Source of the DNA: a virus
Lineage: Duplodnaviria > Caudoviricetes
IMG/VR virus record: IMGVR_UViG_3300020043_003115
Span: 1-27,888 of that record
Strand: one strand, 5' to 3'
Length of the DNA stretch: 27,888 bases
In this document: positions 1 through 10,076 of the stretch, piece by piece
How the letters are laid out: every line of letters starts with the position of its first letter
How positions within the stretch are numbered: the first letter of the stretch is position 1
Translations under genes and position numbers: made by a program
The notes under the pieces: model-generated
What the model saw: the letters and a program-made list of their open reading frames with translations, nothing else
The model's database searches: none
Told to the model about the DNA's origin: nothing

Positions 1-2
1 AG

Positions 3-467
3 CGGATTAAATACCCGAATGGTAAAAGCTACAATCGGAATCGGTATGCAAGCGGTAAGTTATACAACTCGTTAACTTTCAAATCAAGTGTTGCAGGGGG
101 CAAGCCGTTCATAAAGTTCACCACCAAAAGCGCAGAGACCCAGCAATATGCTGACATCGTTGAATACGGACGTAGGGCAGGCGCGAAACCGCCACCGATT
201 GATCCGATTATTGAGTGGATGAAAGTTCGCAAGATACGTTTGCGCAACTCAAAGAATGAGTTCATCAAATACAGTGATGAAGCGCAGCGCAATGCAGCGA
301 AACGAATCGCATGGGCTATAGGTCGCAACGGCACACCGGGAATACTTTACTACACAACTGCAATACAAGAAATATTAGATGAACGCTCACCTGCATTTTT
401 TCAATACTTGAATGAAGCGATTTCATTTGAATTAGATTTAGACGGACGTAATAAAAACAATCAATAA
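3..467 (+). CDS. Neck/tail-completion protein (HK97 gp10/Ne1-like), 5'-truncated by the window edge
   Basis: The frame of ORF 219..467 stays open back to position 3: RIKYPNGKSYNRNRYASGKLYNSLTFK...YADIVEYGRRAGAKPPPIDPIIEWMK. The SGxLxxS...YAxxVEYG pattern is typical of Ne1/gp10 proteins. TAATG coupling to the next gene. Confidence 0.7.
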   Translation, partial: RIKYPNGKSYNRNRYASGKLYNSLTFKSSVAGGKPFIKFTTKSAETQQYADIVEYGRRAGAKPPPIDPIIEWMKVRKIRLRNSKNEFIKYSDEAQRNAAKRIAWAIGRNGTPGILYYTTAIQEILDERSPAFFQYLNEAISFELDLDGRNKNNQ

Positions 468-1831
468 TGGCACTCACACAAGTAGACAAACCATATAGCT
501 ATACACGAAAGGGGCAACGCTTATACATCGTTTACACTTCCAACAATAGCGCAAACACCGGATTCAAATTCGGCTTTGAATTAACGGAGCTTGCAACTGG
601 GAAAACATATCAGGTATTCATTTCACCTGACCTTCAGGGTCGTGGTGTTTTCGACATGTCACCGCTTGTAAACTTGCGCCATCAAGAAGAACCGATTGCA
701 GGGTTTGAGATTCATGCCGACACATGCTATGAAGTTGACGGCAACGGATTCAAGACATACGACATTGAGATCACCGAGTGGTGGATTGTCAATGATGTAT
801 TCACGCAAAACACTTCAGAGGGTAGCGCAACGGACACAATCACAAATATGGTTGTAACGAACTCATACTTTCAGCCATACCAAGGATACAAACCTGATAC
901 TATTAGCTTGCCAAACTCATGCAATTATTCTTGGGAAGTGCCGATGAATTTCATTTGGACAACTAACCTTAATACAACTGGATGGTATGCTTATTCAGAC
1001 CGCTTGACAACTACGAGCAGATGGAACAATAGTGCGAATATTCCATTCACAAATCCGCTTCCGTTTTTGATTTATATAGCTTGTCGGTGGGATGATCTCG
1101 GATGCTTGACATTCAGCACATCAACTGCGCTCTCCGGGAATGAATTAGACCGTGTGGAGTTTTACTTTTATACAAGTGCGAATGTGCTAATCAGTTCACC
1201 GCAAGTTATGTTGAATGCAGACGAACCGCTTGTTCATGTGGCAGCGTATCCGGGAAGCATCACAGTTCCTTCAACCTGCAATTATTATTTGGTCGTGCCA
1301 CGAAATTCAAATGATGACCGTGCAGGCGCGGTATACGTTTTCTACAATGAGCAAACAATGGGTAACTGGAATCAGAACTGCAATTACACTCCGGTACGTT
1401 TGGCATGGGTGAACAGTCGCGGTGGGTGGGATTATTGGAACTTTCAATTAAAGAGTGAGCGCACGACACAAATTGAGCGCAAGCAATACAACTCGGTGCT
1501 GAAGACTGATTTCGATTATGGTTTTGCAGGCGGTGACCAACCTTTTTATGCAGGCACTCGGATGTTGACTGATAGGTCAAATCTGAACACGACATCTTTG
1601 CTTGTGACCAGCGACTGGTTAAGTGAGGGTGAGTTCACTTTCCTGCGTTCACTACTTACATCGAATCAAGTTCAGATAATTGAGAACCAAGACTACGAGA
1701 ATACCGGATGTTATCGCGTGACTCCGGTAAGCATTGAGCAGACTTCTTTTGTTGAGAAGAAAAGCAACGAGGGTAAGCTCCATAATCTTACATTGAACTT
1801 GAAATTTTCACAACCTTATTGGGGACTATAA
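467..1831 (+). CDS. Tail protein (distal-tail/baseplate-like), 454 aa
   Basis: Beta-rich protein with C-terminal PVRLAWVNSRGGWDYWNF...SDWLSEGEF..LRSLLTSNQV motif of a type seen in Bacteroidota siphovirus tail proteins. Lies in the tail module. Confidence 0.6.
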   Translation: MALTQVDKPYSYTRKGQRLYIVYTSNNSANTGFKFGFELTELATGKTYQVFISPDLQGRGVFDMSPLVNLRHQEEPIAGFEIHADTCYEVDGNGFKTYDIEITEWWIVNDVFTQNTSEGSATDTITNMVVTNSYFQPYQGYKPDTISLPNSCNYSWEVPMNFIWTTNLNTTGWYAYSDRLTTTSRWNNSANIPFTNPLPFLIYIACRWDDLGCLTFSTSTALSGNELDRVEFYFYTSANVLISSPQVMLNADEPLVHVAAYPGSITVPSTCNYYLVVPRNSNDDRAGAVYVFYNEQTMGNWNQNCNYTPVRLAWVNSRGGWDYWNFQLKSERTTQIERKQYNSVLKTDFDYGFAGGDQPFYAGTRMLTDRSNLNTTSLLVTSDWLSEGEFTFLRSLLTSNQVQIIENQDYENTGCYRVTPVSIEQTSFVEKKSNEGKLHNLTLNLKFSQPYWGL

Positions 1832-4800
1832 TGCAGAACGAAGTACAACTAATAGTTAGGTCAGGCGTGATTTCGCCTACAATGACATTCACTGACATAT
1901 ATACTCAAGCAGGCAGTCCTTCGGATTATTTTGAATCAGGTGCAACACCACCATTAGCTGTAAATTATCCGAATGGAAGCAAGGTTGAGTTCTATAATAA
2001 TAAGAATGCAAGTGTTGAGTTTACCACGTATGTAGTAGGCACAGACGATACCAACGGACGGGTGTACATCAATCCACCATTTGTACTGGCACCGGACCAA
2101 AATGATGGCATAGACATCTATGTCTACGCATTCATTGGAACAAATACTTTCCTTGACTTATACCCGAACGAATCAATCTCGCTTTCCTATCAGTTCACTG
2201 ACTTGAATAACTTCACCCAGATAGGCACATTCTCGCGTGACTTCAGGATTCCTGCAACGAAGCGAAATGTTGAAGCACTTGGACCGCTTTACGATTACAA
2301 CTTTGTTGACGATGTGCTTTCGTTCAGTCGCAAGTATGAAGCGGAGTTGAGGGTTGACACAATACCAATCAGTCGCGGTTACTTGCGCATCATGGCGGCA
2401 TACAAGCAGCAGGATTACTTGAGTGATTTTCAGGTGGCTTTCTATTCGCAAGCACCGAACTTCGTCAAGGAGATAGGTGAAAAGAAGCTCGCGGATATTA
2501 CCGACCTGACAACAAAGAATGAGAACGTAGTGCTACCGAATGTAACGGTACAAAATAGTTTCAGGATATGGGGATTGATTGACCGAGCGACTGGTGGTTT
2601 GGCATTTAGCGAACAAGGTGAAATCAACACACGCAGAGTCTTTGATGTTGGCGGTTCGCCATTATATGCAGGGGATTTGACTCCATGCGTTCGGGCAGAT
2701 TATTTGCTCACTGAAATATTCAAGGATGCAGGATATGAACTTGATGCAAGCAATCTATTGACCATCATACAAGATTACTATGTTCCTTGGTGCAATACTG
2801 AAAAACTAATTTATGCGCAAGCGGTTAGTGACTTTGATTTCAGAGTTAAGAATAGCACTGCAATAACCAGCACGCAAACAATAGCGAATACTGTATTTCC
2901 ATTTGATACTGTAGTATTTGATAGTGGTTTGACTTATGATCCAATAACCTACACATACACACCGAATGCGATTGGATATTACAAATTCCGACTAACTACT
3001 ACTTTGAGCAATGTCAACAAGATGCAAGCGATTGCATTTAAGCTACGAGTAACGGATCCAAGTTCATTCACAACTGATTATTATATACAGCTTTTAGGAC
3101 AAGGCAGTGATGGTGTTTATACTGGTGTGACACCGTCTATTTTTTTAGGAACTGGTTATACATGTCAAGTAATATATCGGCATCAAATAGTTATATCCAC
3201 TGCACCCGGCACACCGACTATAACCTATGATGCAAACGGAACGTTTTTTGAATTGGAAGATTTACAAATACTTTCAAATGCGGATATTGTTTATCAGTTC
3301 AATGCACCGGATGTTAAGCAAATTGACTTCGTTTCTGACATCATCAAGATGCACAATCTCGCAGTTGTGCCTGACTTGAATATTGAAAACAAGTTGAAGT
3401 TAGAACCGATGCAGACCTTTATCGGTAGCGGTGCGACACTTGACTGGACAAAGAAACTTGACGTTTCAAAAGATATTGTCATCAAAGGGACTGATGATCT
3501 GCGCAAAACAAAATTGACGTTCACCTATTCCGCAGGGCAAGACACTTACTCGAAATTGTTTGTTGACCAAGGCAGGATATACGGAGACTACAAACCTGAA
3601 CCATACACAACGACAGTCACTCAAATACCCAGTTCATTTGCGACTGGCGAAACATCGGTGAAGCTCGTTGCTCAATCGACTCCTGCCACGCAAGTCAATG
3701 GCTCAAATATTATATGCCCAAGATTTTGGACTCAAAGCGGTAGCGAACCACCAAAGTTCGCAGCACCCGGACTGCGCTTTTTATATTATAGCGAGAATGC
3801 TGACATCTACATTTATGATGAGGTGAGTGGCTTCGGTGTAACTCAATCCGTGCCAACGCTCACGCACTATTCAAACACAAGCGGATTCAATCCTGACTAC
3901 AACCATGAAGATTTGAACTGGGCACCGGAAACACCGTTGCATGATTACACTGCGAATCCATTCGACAACTTGTTCACGCTTTATTGGCGCGATTATTTGG
4001 ACACGGTTTACTCGGATGATGCGCGAATACTTGAAGCGAATTTTGCGCTTGACAACACCGACATCTTATCTCTGAACTTTGCAGATTTTGTATTTGTCAA
4101 AGATGCTTACTGGCGAGTGCTTGAGTTGAGTGATTACAAGATGGGTCAGTTTGAAAGCACGCGAGTGAAATTGCTCAAGATGAATCCGGGACAAGCTGCA
4201 CCACCACGATGCGACTTGAAACCTGATTCCGTGAATCCTGATGGTTCGGTGAACTTTTTGAATTTGTCAGGCAATCCGGTGAGTGCTTCGGAGACATGCT
4301 GCCGAGCGTTCAACTACACATGGAGTCAAGACACGAATCTTTGCTTTGCACGTCCAAGCGACCGACCAAGTGTAGGGAAACCAAACAATGACACAACTGG
4401 TCGCGGTGAAATAGCAGGCATCAATACTATTTCATCAGGCATCAATAACATAAACACCACAAGCAATCTCGATGCAGGCAGTTCATCATTCTCAATGTTT
4501 GCAGGAAATGACATCAGGATTGAAGGAACTAATGATAATTTAATTGCAGTCGGTGACACGATTAGGCTAAAAGGTGACCAGCGAGGTGCAGCACTCTTTG
4601 GGAAATCGGTTGAAAAATATGTACCGGGTTTTGCGGTTGGTGGCGGTTATCCGTTAGACGATTCAACCTACAAGAATGGAGCGCAGCAAGCAGGATTAAC
4701 TATCCTATCCGGTCAGGCAAATTTGGTCGCAAGTCCTGCTGCTATTCCGTTGACTCTTGAGGGTATTGCAGCGAAGTATATTGAACTTGAGAACGACACA

Positions 4801-5088
4801 CTTTGGTTCTGCGAAATCAGCGTGATACTTACGAATGCAGCGTATGCGAACCACTACGCGAAAGCAACTTGCAATATTTGGAAGAATGCTCTCGGTGTCG
4901 CGAATGTGGGCGGTATGGCAACGCAATTTGAAGCAGGGAATTTGGGTGTGGGCGGTGCGTTAACTGTGACTTGCGATGTCGCAACGAACCCAGCACAACA
5001 CCGATTTGGTTTGCAGTTTGCGTGGGTGGGCGCACCAATACCCGGAGTGAGAGCAGCGGTACAAATTAAATACACACAACTACGATGA
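1831..5088 (+). CDS. Large tail tip/baseplate hub protein (~1085 aa) with an internal C1q-like domain
   Basis: The ATG at 1831 overlaps the upstream TAA (TAATG) and is preferred to TTG 1819. LDLYPNESISLSYQFTD...FSRDFRIPAT hub-like N-terminus, NLFTLYWRDYL motif, Cys-rich CCRAFNYTW segment, fibre-like C-terminus. Confidence 0.7.
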   Translation: MQNEVQLIVRSGVISPTMTFTDIYTQAGSPSDYFESGATPPLAVNYPNGSKVEFYNNKNASVEFTTYVVGTDDTNGRVYINPPFVLAPDQNDGIDIYVYAFIGTNTFLDLYPNESISLSYQFTDLNNFTQIGTFSRDFRIPATKRNVEALGPLYDYNFVDDVLSFSRKYEAELRVDTIPISRGYLRIMAAYKQQDYLSDFQVAFYSQAPNFVKEIGEKKLADITDLTTKNENVVLPNVTVQNSFRIWGLIDRATGGLAFSEQGEINTRRVFDVGGSPLYAGDLTPCVRADYLLTEIFKDAGYELDASNLLTIIQDYYVPWCNTEKLIYAQAVSDFDFRVKNSTAITSTQTIANTVFPFDTVVFDSGLTYDPITYTYTPNAIGYYKFRLTTTLSNVNKMQAIAFKLRVTDPSSFTTDYYIQLLGQGSDGVYTGVTPSIFLGTGYTCQVIYRHQIVISTAPGTPTITYDANGTFFELEDLQILSNADIVYQFNAPDVKQIDFVSDIIKMHNLAVVPDLNIENKLKLEPMQTFIGSGATLDWTKKLDVSKDIVIKGTDDLRKTKLTFTYSAGQDTYSKLFVDQGRIYGDYKPEPYTTTVTQIPSSFATGETSVKLVAQSTPATQVNGSNIICPRFWTQSGSEPPKFAAPGLRFLYYSENADIYIYDEVSGFGVTQSVPTLTHYSNTSGFNPDYNHEDLNWAPETPLHDYTANPFDNLFTLYWRDYLDTVYSDDARILEANFALDNTDILSLNFADFVFVKDAYWRVLELSDYKMGQFESTRVKLLKMNPGQAAPPRCDLKPDSVNPDGSVNFLNLSGNPVSASETCCRAFNYTWSQDTNLCFARPSDRPSVGKPNNDTTGRGEIAGINTISSGINNINTTSNLDAGSSSFSMFAGNDIRIEGTNDNLIAVGDTIRLKGDQRGAALFGKSVEKYVPGFAVGGGYPLDDSTYKNGAQQAGLTILSGQANLVASPAAIPLTLEGIAAKYIELENDTLWFCEISVILTNAAYANHYAKATCNIWKNALGVANVGGMATQFEAGNLGVGGALTVTCDVATNPAQHRFGLQFAWVGAPIPGVRAAVQIKYTQLR

Positions 5089-5258
5089 GAAACGACATAG
5101 GACTTACAATAGCATTACTGAAAGCAGGCATGAAGTCTCGCGCTAAAAGTTATTCTATCAGCAGACGAAGGAAAATAGCAAAGACTTCCGTTATCTATTT
5201 AGTACATGGCACATCATGGCTACTTGTTTTGTTTGGACTATATAAAATGATTTGGTAA
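5085..5258 (+). CDS. Small basic membrane protein, 57 aa (not in ORF track)
   Basis: MRNDIGLTIALLKAGMKSRAKSYSISRRRKIAKTSVIYLVHGTSWLLVLFGLYKMIW. ATGA overlap with the upstream gene and TAATG overlap with the downstream gene fill the gap exactly. Confidence 0.65.
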   Translation: MRNDIGLTIALLKAGMKSRAKSYSISRRRKIAKTSVIYLVHGTSWLLVLFGLYKMIW

Positions 5259-7162
5259 TGGCTGATAAGAATTATGTTGTTTCGTTAACTGTTGACGATT
5301 CGGGCGCGGTTGCTGCGGTGAATCAGATGACCACTGCGCTTGACAATGCGGACACAAGTACGAAATCACTCAAGGCGCAACTGCGTGAGATGCAGTCACA
5401 ACTTGCATCACTTGACCCGAACACCGAGGAGTTCAGAAAATTATCAGTTGCAGCAGGTCAAGTCAAAGACCAAATAAAGGATGCAAGCGAGGCGATTAGT
5501 GCGCAAGCAGGTCCAGCATTTGAGACGTTAGGCAATAACGCATCATTACTCAGGCAGCGTTTATTCTCTTTGGATTTTGAAGGTGTTGGTCAATCGGTAA
5601 AAGCACTTGCCGGGAACATCAACAACCTGAAGTTTGGTGAAGCATCGAAAGGACTTGGTTCTTTGACAAGCGGATTCGGTGCGCTGGGTAAAGCGTTATT
5701 GACAAATCCTATCTTTTTGATTGGCGGTGTCATTGCTTTGGTAATTACTAACATCGAAAGTTTAATCAATCGCGTGCCGTTTTTAAGTTCAGCGTTTGAA
5801 GTTGTTGGCGATGTCGTTGGTACGGTTGTTCAAGGATTCAAGGACTTGACGGACTGGATAGGAATCACCGAGAATGCTGCGGTGGATGCTGCCAATAAGA
5901 GCATTGACTTACAAGATGAGACGATAAAAAATATTGACCGCAATGCCAAACGTCAGATAGCACTTGCACGTCAGAATGGTCAGGATGCAAATCAGGTAGT
6001 AATAGATTCGGAAAATCAAAAAATAGCAACGTATCAAAAAACGATTGACGAAATAAATGCACTCAATGGCACGCTAACTGAAGACCAGATAAAAGCAAGG
6101 CAGGCAGCGAGTGACGCAATCTTTGACATTGAAACCACACGCATTGAACGTCAAGCGGATATCAATGAAAAGGATGTAAAGGACAAAGAAGCACGCGAAC
6201 AAAAGGCAGCGGATGAAGCCCGAAAGCGAGCTGAAGATGCAGCAAAAAAAGCGGAGGAACGTAGGCAAAAAGAAATAGAACAACGGCAGTTTGAAGCGCA
6301 ATTCATTGCTGATTTGTATGCTGAACAAGATGCCGAAATTGAAGCAAATAATAAAGCACTTGCCGACCGTCTTGCAGCAATATGGAAGAATGCAAATGAT
6401 TTAAGCCGTGCTGCACAAATAGCGCAAGGCGATGAAATTGAAGCGATACAATTAGAGATTGAGCAACGTCTTGACGAACAAGGAAAATCTGCGCAGGAAC
6501 TTGAATTACAAAGGACTCGTGACAAATACTTTGAACAAAAGACACTACTTGAACAAGCAGGTCAGGACACAACCGCACTGACCGAACTTTACGAATCAGA
6601 GCAAAATACAATCAAAGAAAAATACGCAAAGGAAGAGGAAGCAAGGCAAAGAGAACTAAATAGAAAAAAAGTTCAACTTGCAAGTGATGCCATTGGCGCA
6701 TTGTCTGCGTTAGATGCTGCCTTTAGTGCCAACAATAAGAAAGGCGCACGCGCTGCATTCAATCGTAATAAAGCGTATGGTATTGCGCAGGCAGGTATTC
6801 AAACTGGGTTAGCCGTTACGGCTGCATTGACCGCAGGAGGTAATCCGATTAAACTTGCAACCGGTATTCAATTTGTTGAAGCAGGAATAGCAGCTGCAAC
6901 GGGTATTGCACAAATAGCAAAAATCGCATCGACAAAATTCAACGAGTCGGGTGATTCAGGTGGTGGTGGTGGGGGCGGTGTTCCTTCAGTTGGCGCAGGC
7001 GGTGGGGGTAATGTGGGGACAGTTCCCACATTCAACGCTCTCAATTTAGGTTTCTTGCAAAACCGCCCGGAACAAACACCGAAAGCGTATGTACTTGCGC
7101 AGGACGTTAGTAGTGCGGTTGAAGCACGCGACAAAGTCAGAGATTTAGCACGAATAAATTAA
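5258..7162 (+). CDS. Tail tape measure protein (~634 aa)
   Basis: Ala/Gln/Glu-rich coiled coil, hydrophobic ALLTNPIFLIGGVIALV segment, AFNRNKAYGIAQA and Gly-rich C-terminus. Start moved to ATG 5258. Confidence 0.85.
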   Translation: MADKNYVVSLTVDDSGAVAAVNQMTTALDNADTSTKSLKAQLREMQSQLASLDPNTEEFRKLSVAAGQVKDQIKDASEAISAQAGPAFETLGNNASLLRQRLFSLDFEGVGQSVKALAGNINNLKFGEASKGLGSLTSGFGALGKALLTNPIFLIGGVIALVITNIESLINRVPFLSSAFEVVGDVVGTVVQGFKDLTDWIGITENAAVDAANKSIDLQDETIKNIDRNAKRQIALARQNGQDANQVVIDSENQKIATYQKTIDEINALNGTLTEDQIKARQAASDAIFDIETTRIERQADINEKDVKDKEAREQKAADEARKRAEDAAKKAEERRQKEIEQRQFEAQFIADLYAEQDAEIEANNKALADRLAAIWKNANDLSRAAQIAQGDEIEAIQLEIEQRLDEQGKSAQELELQRTRDKYFEQKTLLEQAGQDTTALTELYESEQNTIKEKYAKEEEARQRELNRKKVQLASDAIGALSALDAAFSANNKKGARAAFNRNKAYGIAQAGIQTGLAVTAALTAGGNPIKLATGIQFVEAGIAAATGIAQIAKIASTKFNESGDSGGGGGGGVPSVGAGGGGNVGTVPTFNALNLGFLQNRPEQTPKAYVLAQDVSSAVEARDKVRDLARIN

Positions 7163-7168
7163 AATAAA

Positions 7169-7756
7169 ATGGATAAAAAAAGAATAGTAAAATGTGTGAT
7201 TGACGAGAACGGTAAGCTCGGAATCACGGCAATGGGACTTGTTGACGTTCCTGCCATCGAAGAAAATTGGGTTGCACTCTCAAGCGAGAAAGTAAAGTTG
7301 TCAAGCGTGGACAAAGAGCGCAGGATGTTATACGGTGCTGCACTCATACCCGAAAAGTTGATTCTTCGGATTGACCAAAACAATGAAGAATACTACATGA
7401 AGTTTGAAAAGGAAACAATCGAAACACTTGCACACAACTTCTACAAAAAGAACTTACACCATACCACAAACCTTCAGCATCAATACCCAGTTAGCGGAGT
7501 CACTATTGTGGAATCATGGCTCAAAGAAGGTGATAGCGACAAAAGCATCGCACTCGGATTGAGTGATCTACCTGATGGCACATGGTTTATTGGGGCAAAG
7601 GTTGACGATGACAACGTATGGGAAGAAGTGAAGTCCGGTGCTATTCGTGGATTCAGCATCGAAGGGATGTTCACCGAACAAGTTGTGGAAATGAATCATG
7701 TGAGTGTTGAATCGTTACTCATAAAAGAGATAGAGCGAGTCCTCGCTAACATATAA
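7169..7756 (+). CDS. Prohead serine protease, XkdF-like
   Basis: GLVDVPAIE, RMLYGAALIP, NLQH, IVESW, GTWF, WEEVKSGAIRGFSIEG motifs. Confidence 0.85.
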   Translation: MDKKRIVKCVIDENGKLGITAMGLVDVPAIEENWVALSSEKVKLSSVDKERRMLYGAALIPEKLILRIDQNNEEYYMKFEKETIETLAHNFYKKNLHHTTNLQHQYPVSGVTIVESWLKEGDSDKSIALGLSDLPDGTWFIGAKVDDDNVWEEVKSGAIRGFSIEGMFTEQVVEMNHVSVESLLIKEIERVLANI

Positions 7757-7806
7757 ATTCGCAACGCTTTTTGTTATAAATTGTTTGTTGTTAATTGGTT
7801 ACAGGG

Positions 7807-7840
7807 AAACCCTCACAACGGTGGGGGTTTTTTCATTTTC
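7807..7840 (+). terminator. Rho-independent terminator after the protease gene
   Basis: AAACCCTCAC-AACG-GTGGGGGTTT stem (one G-U pair) followed by T-rich sequence. Confidence 0.7.
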
Positions 7841-7906
7841 AACTTTTTTTCCACCGAACTGGGCAAAATCGGAGTTCTTCCGTTATACGCAAAAGAACTT
7901 ATACAA

Positions 7907-8506
7907 ATGAAATTGAAAGATCAATTACTGGGCATCTTCCAAAAGTTTGGAATTGACCCGAATGCGCACGGTGTGAAGTTCGAATCAGAGGTGAAACTTG
8001 AAGCCGAAGCACGTCTTGCTGATGGTAACATGATTTACACAAGTGCCGATGTTTTCGGTGTTGGTTCAGACTGTTACATGAAGGATGCGGATGGTAACGT
8101 GTTTCCTGTTGGAGCTGGTGAATACCCGCTCGAAGATGGAAAAATTCTCATTGTAGGTGAGGATGGCAAAATTGCTGAAGTGAAAGAGATGGAAGTTGAA
8201 AGTGAAATGAGTAGCGAAGACATCATTGCTACTATCAATTCATTGTCACAGAAAATTTCCGAGCTTCAAAGTTCACTCGATGCAAAGAACGCTGAACTAA
8301 ACTCAGTGAGCGAAGAACTTGCAAAGGCGAAGAATGACGCAACAGTCAGCGCGACTGAACTTGCTGCATTGAAGAAAGCTCCAGCTACTGTATCTGTAAA
8401 GGATCGCAAAACAACATTAAGCGCAACAGCTCAACCAACAAAGTCATGGGATAAAATGACTTATCAAGAGCGTGTACTTGCTGAAATTCAAAAAATTCAA
8501 AAATAA
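7907..8506 (+). CDS. Capsid scaffolding protein (~199 aa)
   Basis: ATG 7907 is preferred because TTG 7781 would read through the terminator. Acidic protein with GEYPLEDGKILIVGEDGKIAEV motif and a coiled coil. Lies between protease and capsid genes. Confidence 0.7.
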   Translation: MKLKDQLLGIFQKFGIDPNAHGVKFESEVKLEAEARLADGNMIYTSADVFGVGSDCYMKDADGNVFPVGAGEYPLEDGKILIVGEDGKIAEVKEMEVESEMSSEDIIATINSLSQKISELQSSLDAKNAELNSVSEELAKAKNDATVSATELAALKKAPATVSVKDRKTTLSATAQPTKSWDKMTYQERVLAEIQKIQK

Positions 8507-8519
8507 ATAATTACAAAAA

Positions 8520-9428
8520 ATGGCAACAACAACTAACCTTACCACAACTTACGCTGGTAAAGTTGCAGGCGGTTACATTCGTGCCGCGCTGCTTTCGAAC
8601 GAATCTCTTAAAGGGGTAACCGTTCTTGAAAACGTGGACTACAAAGCAGTAGTTCGCAGATTAACTGATTCAATTTCTTTCGCTGATGCAACTTGCGATT
8701 TCACTCCAACTGGCACAGTGACATTGAACGAGAAAATTCTTGAGTTGAAGAAATTCCAAATTCACCGCGAAATATGCAAAGGTGATTTGAACACTTCAAA
8801 CTTGCTTTACGATTGGGATGCAAAAGAAACACAAGATGGTGTTCTTCCGGTGTCTTTGACTGATGCTTTGATTGCTAACATTTTAGGCGGTGCTGCTGCT
8901 GCAAATGAAACAATGATTTGGCAAGGTCTTGGAACTGCAAACACTTACAAAGGTTTTTGCGAATTGATTCAGGATGCTGGTGATGACCAGAATGCTGGTT
9001 CAGGTGCATTAAATTCATCTACCATTGTAGGTGCTGTTGAAGACCTTGTTGACGCTTGTCCTGATGCTGTAAAAGGTGGAACTGAAAAGCCAATCATTTA
9101 CATGTCATTGAATGCTTGGGAAGCGTTTATGGTTGCTTCTGCTGCTGCAGGAAATGGATGGTACACTTACGGTGGTCCTGAAATGCCAAAGCAATACTTG
9201 GGTTATCAAATCTTTGTTTGCCCCGGATTGTATGCTGATCACATGTTGATGACTCAAAAGTCAAACTTGTATTTTGGTACAAATCTTTTGAATCAGTGGA
9301 ATGAGGTTAAGGTTCTTGACATGTCAGAACTTGATGGTAGCGACAATGTACGTTTCAAGTGTAACTTCTTCGCAGGTGCGCAGATTGGTTTCACTAATGA
9401 AATTGCTACTTGGGGAACTAACTTCTAA
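8520..9428 (+). CDS. Major capsid protein, 302 aa
   Basis: TTTYAGKVAGGYIRAALLS, CDFTPTGTVTLNE, ETMIWQG, NLYFGTNLL, LDGSDNVR motifs. Biased codon usage and a downstream terminator. Confidence 0.85.
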   Translation: MATTTNLTTTYAGKVAGGYIRAALLSNESLKGVTVLENVDYKAVVRRLTDSISFADATCDFTPTGTVTLNEKILELKKFQIHREICKGDLNTSNLLYDWDAKETQDGVLPVSLTDALIANILGGAAAANETMIWQGLGTANTYKGFCELIQDAGDDQNAGSGALNSSTIVGAVEDLVDACPDAVKGGTEKPIIYMSLNAWEAFMVASAAAGNGWYTYGGPEMPKQYLGYQIFVCPGLYADHMLMTQKSNLYFGTNLLNQWNEVKVLDMSELDGSDNVRFKCNFFAGAQIGFTNEIATWGTNF

Positions 9429-9442
9429 TAATCAAAAACAAT

Positions 9443-9466
9443 AGGGCGGTGTAATAGCCGCCCTTT
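9443..9466 (+). terminator. Terminator-like hairpin after the capsid gene
   Basis: AGGGCGGT-GTAATA-GCCGCCCT followed by TT. The short U-tract suggests it may be leaky. Confidence 0.65.
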
Positions 9467-9478
9467 AATAAAATAAAT

Positions 9479-10009
9479 ATGAGTTGCAATTTAACAACAG
9501 GATTCACGCTCGGATGCAATGATAGCATCGGCGGTGTCAAGAAAATATACATAGGTAAATTCGACCAATTAACCTACACTATCGGTAGCACACCAGTACA
9601 AGTAACGGCTGGAACGGGTACTGTTTACGTGTATGAGCCACTGAAAAATTCCGCTTCTGCAACTTTCAATCCAACCGTTTCTTTAGAGAATGGAACTATA
9701 TTCTACACACACAGCGTTTCGTTGAGTTTGAAGAATATCACTGCGAATAAGCGTGAAGAAATCGAATCACTTGCAAAAGCACGTGTTGGGTTATTTGTTG
9801 AATTGAATAGCGGTGAAATACTTGCTTTCGGCACAACTAACGGAATGCACATGACAGCAGGAACTTTCCAGACAGGTGCTGCATTTGGTGACTTGCAAGG
9901 TTATCAGTTGACTTTCACAAGCGACGAACCAACGCAACCATACACATTGAGTGCTGTAGATATGGATACGGCTGGTTATGACGTTAGTGCTACTACCGAA
10001 AATCAATAA
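9479..10009 (+). CDS. Major tail tube protein, 176 aa
   Basis: MSCNLTTG..LGCNDSIGGVKKIY, SLENGTIFY, TGAAFGDLQGYQLTFTSDEP motifs. Flanked by hairpins. Confidence 0.7.
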   Translation: MSCNLTTGFTLGCNDSIGGVKKIYIGKFDQLTYTIGSTPVQVTAGTGTVYVYEPLKNSASATFNPTVSLENGTIFYTHSVSLSLKNITANKREEIESLAKARVGLFVELNSGEILAFGTTNGMHMTAGTFQTGAAFGDLQGYQLTFTSDEPTQPYTLSAVDMDTAGYDVSATTENQ

Positions 10010-10027
10010 CCAAAACTAAAACACATC

Positions 10028-10056
10028 AAAAGGGTGGGCGCACTGCCCACCTTTTT
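10028..10056 (+). terminator. Rho-independent terminator (potentially bidirectional)
   Basis: AAAAGGGTGGGC-GCACT-GCCCACCTTTTT. Confidence 0.8.
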
Positions 10057-10076
10057 CATATACAAATTGCTGCGCA

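Noticed and set aside
1831-5088. Diversity-generating retroelement target in the tail protein
   Set aside because: There is no reverse transcriptase and I noticed no template/variable repeat pair in the window.
6955-7020. G-rich tract, possible G-quadruplex
   Set aside because: It is explained by the poly-Gly linker at the tape measure C-terminus.
7781-7906. 42-aa N-terminal extension of the scaffold ORF from TTG 7781
   Set aside because: It runs through a terminator hairpin and T-tracts. ATG 7907 has a typical A-rich context.
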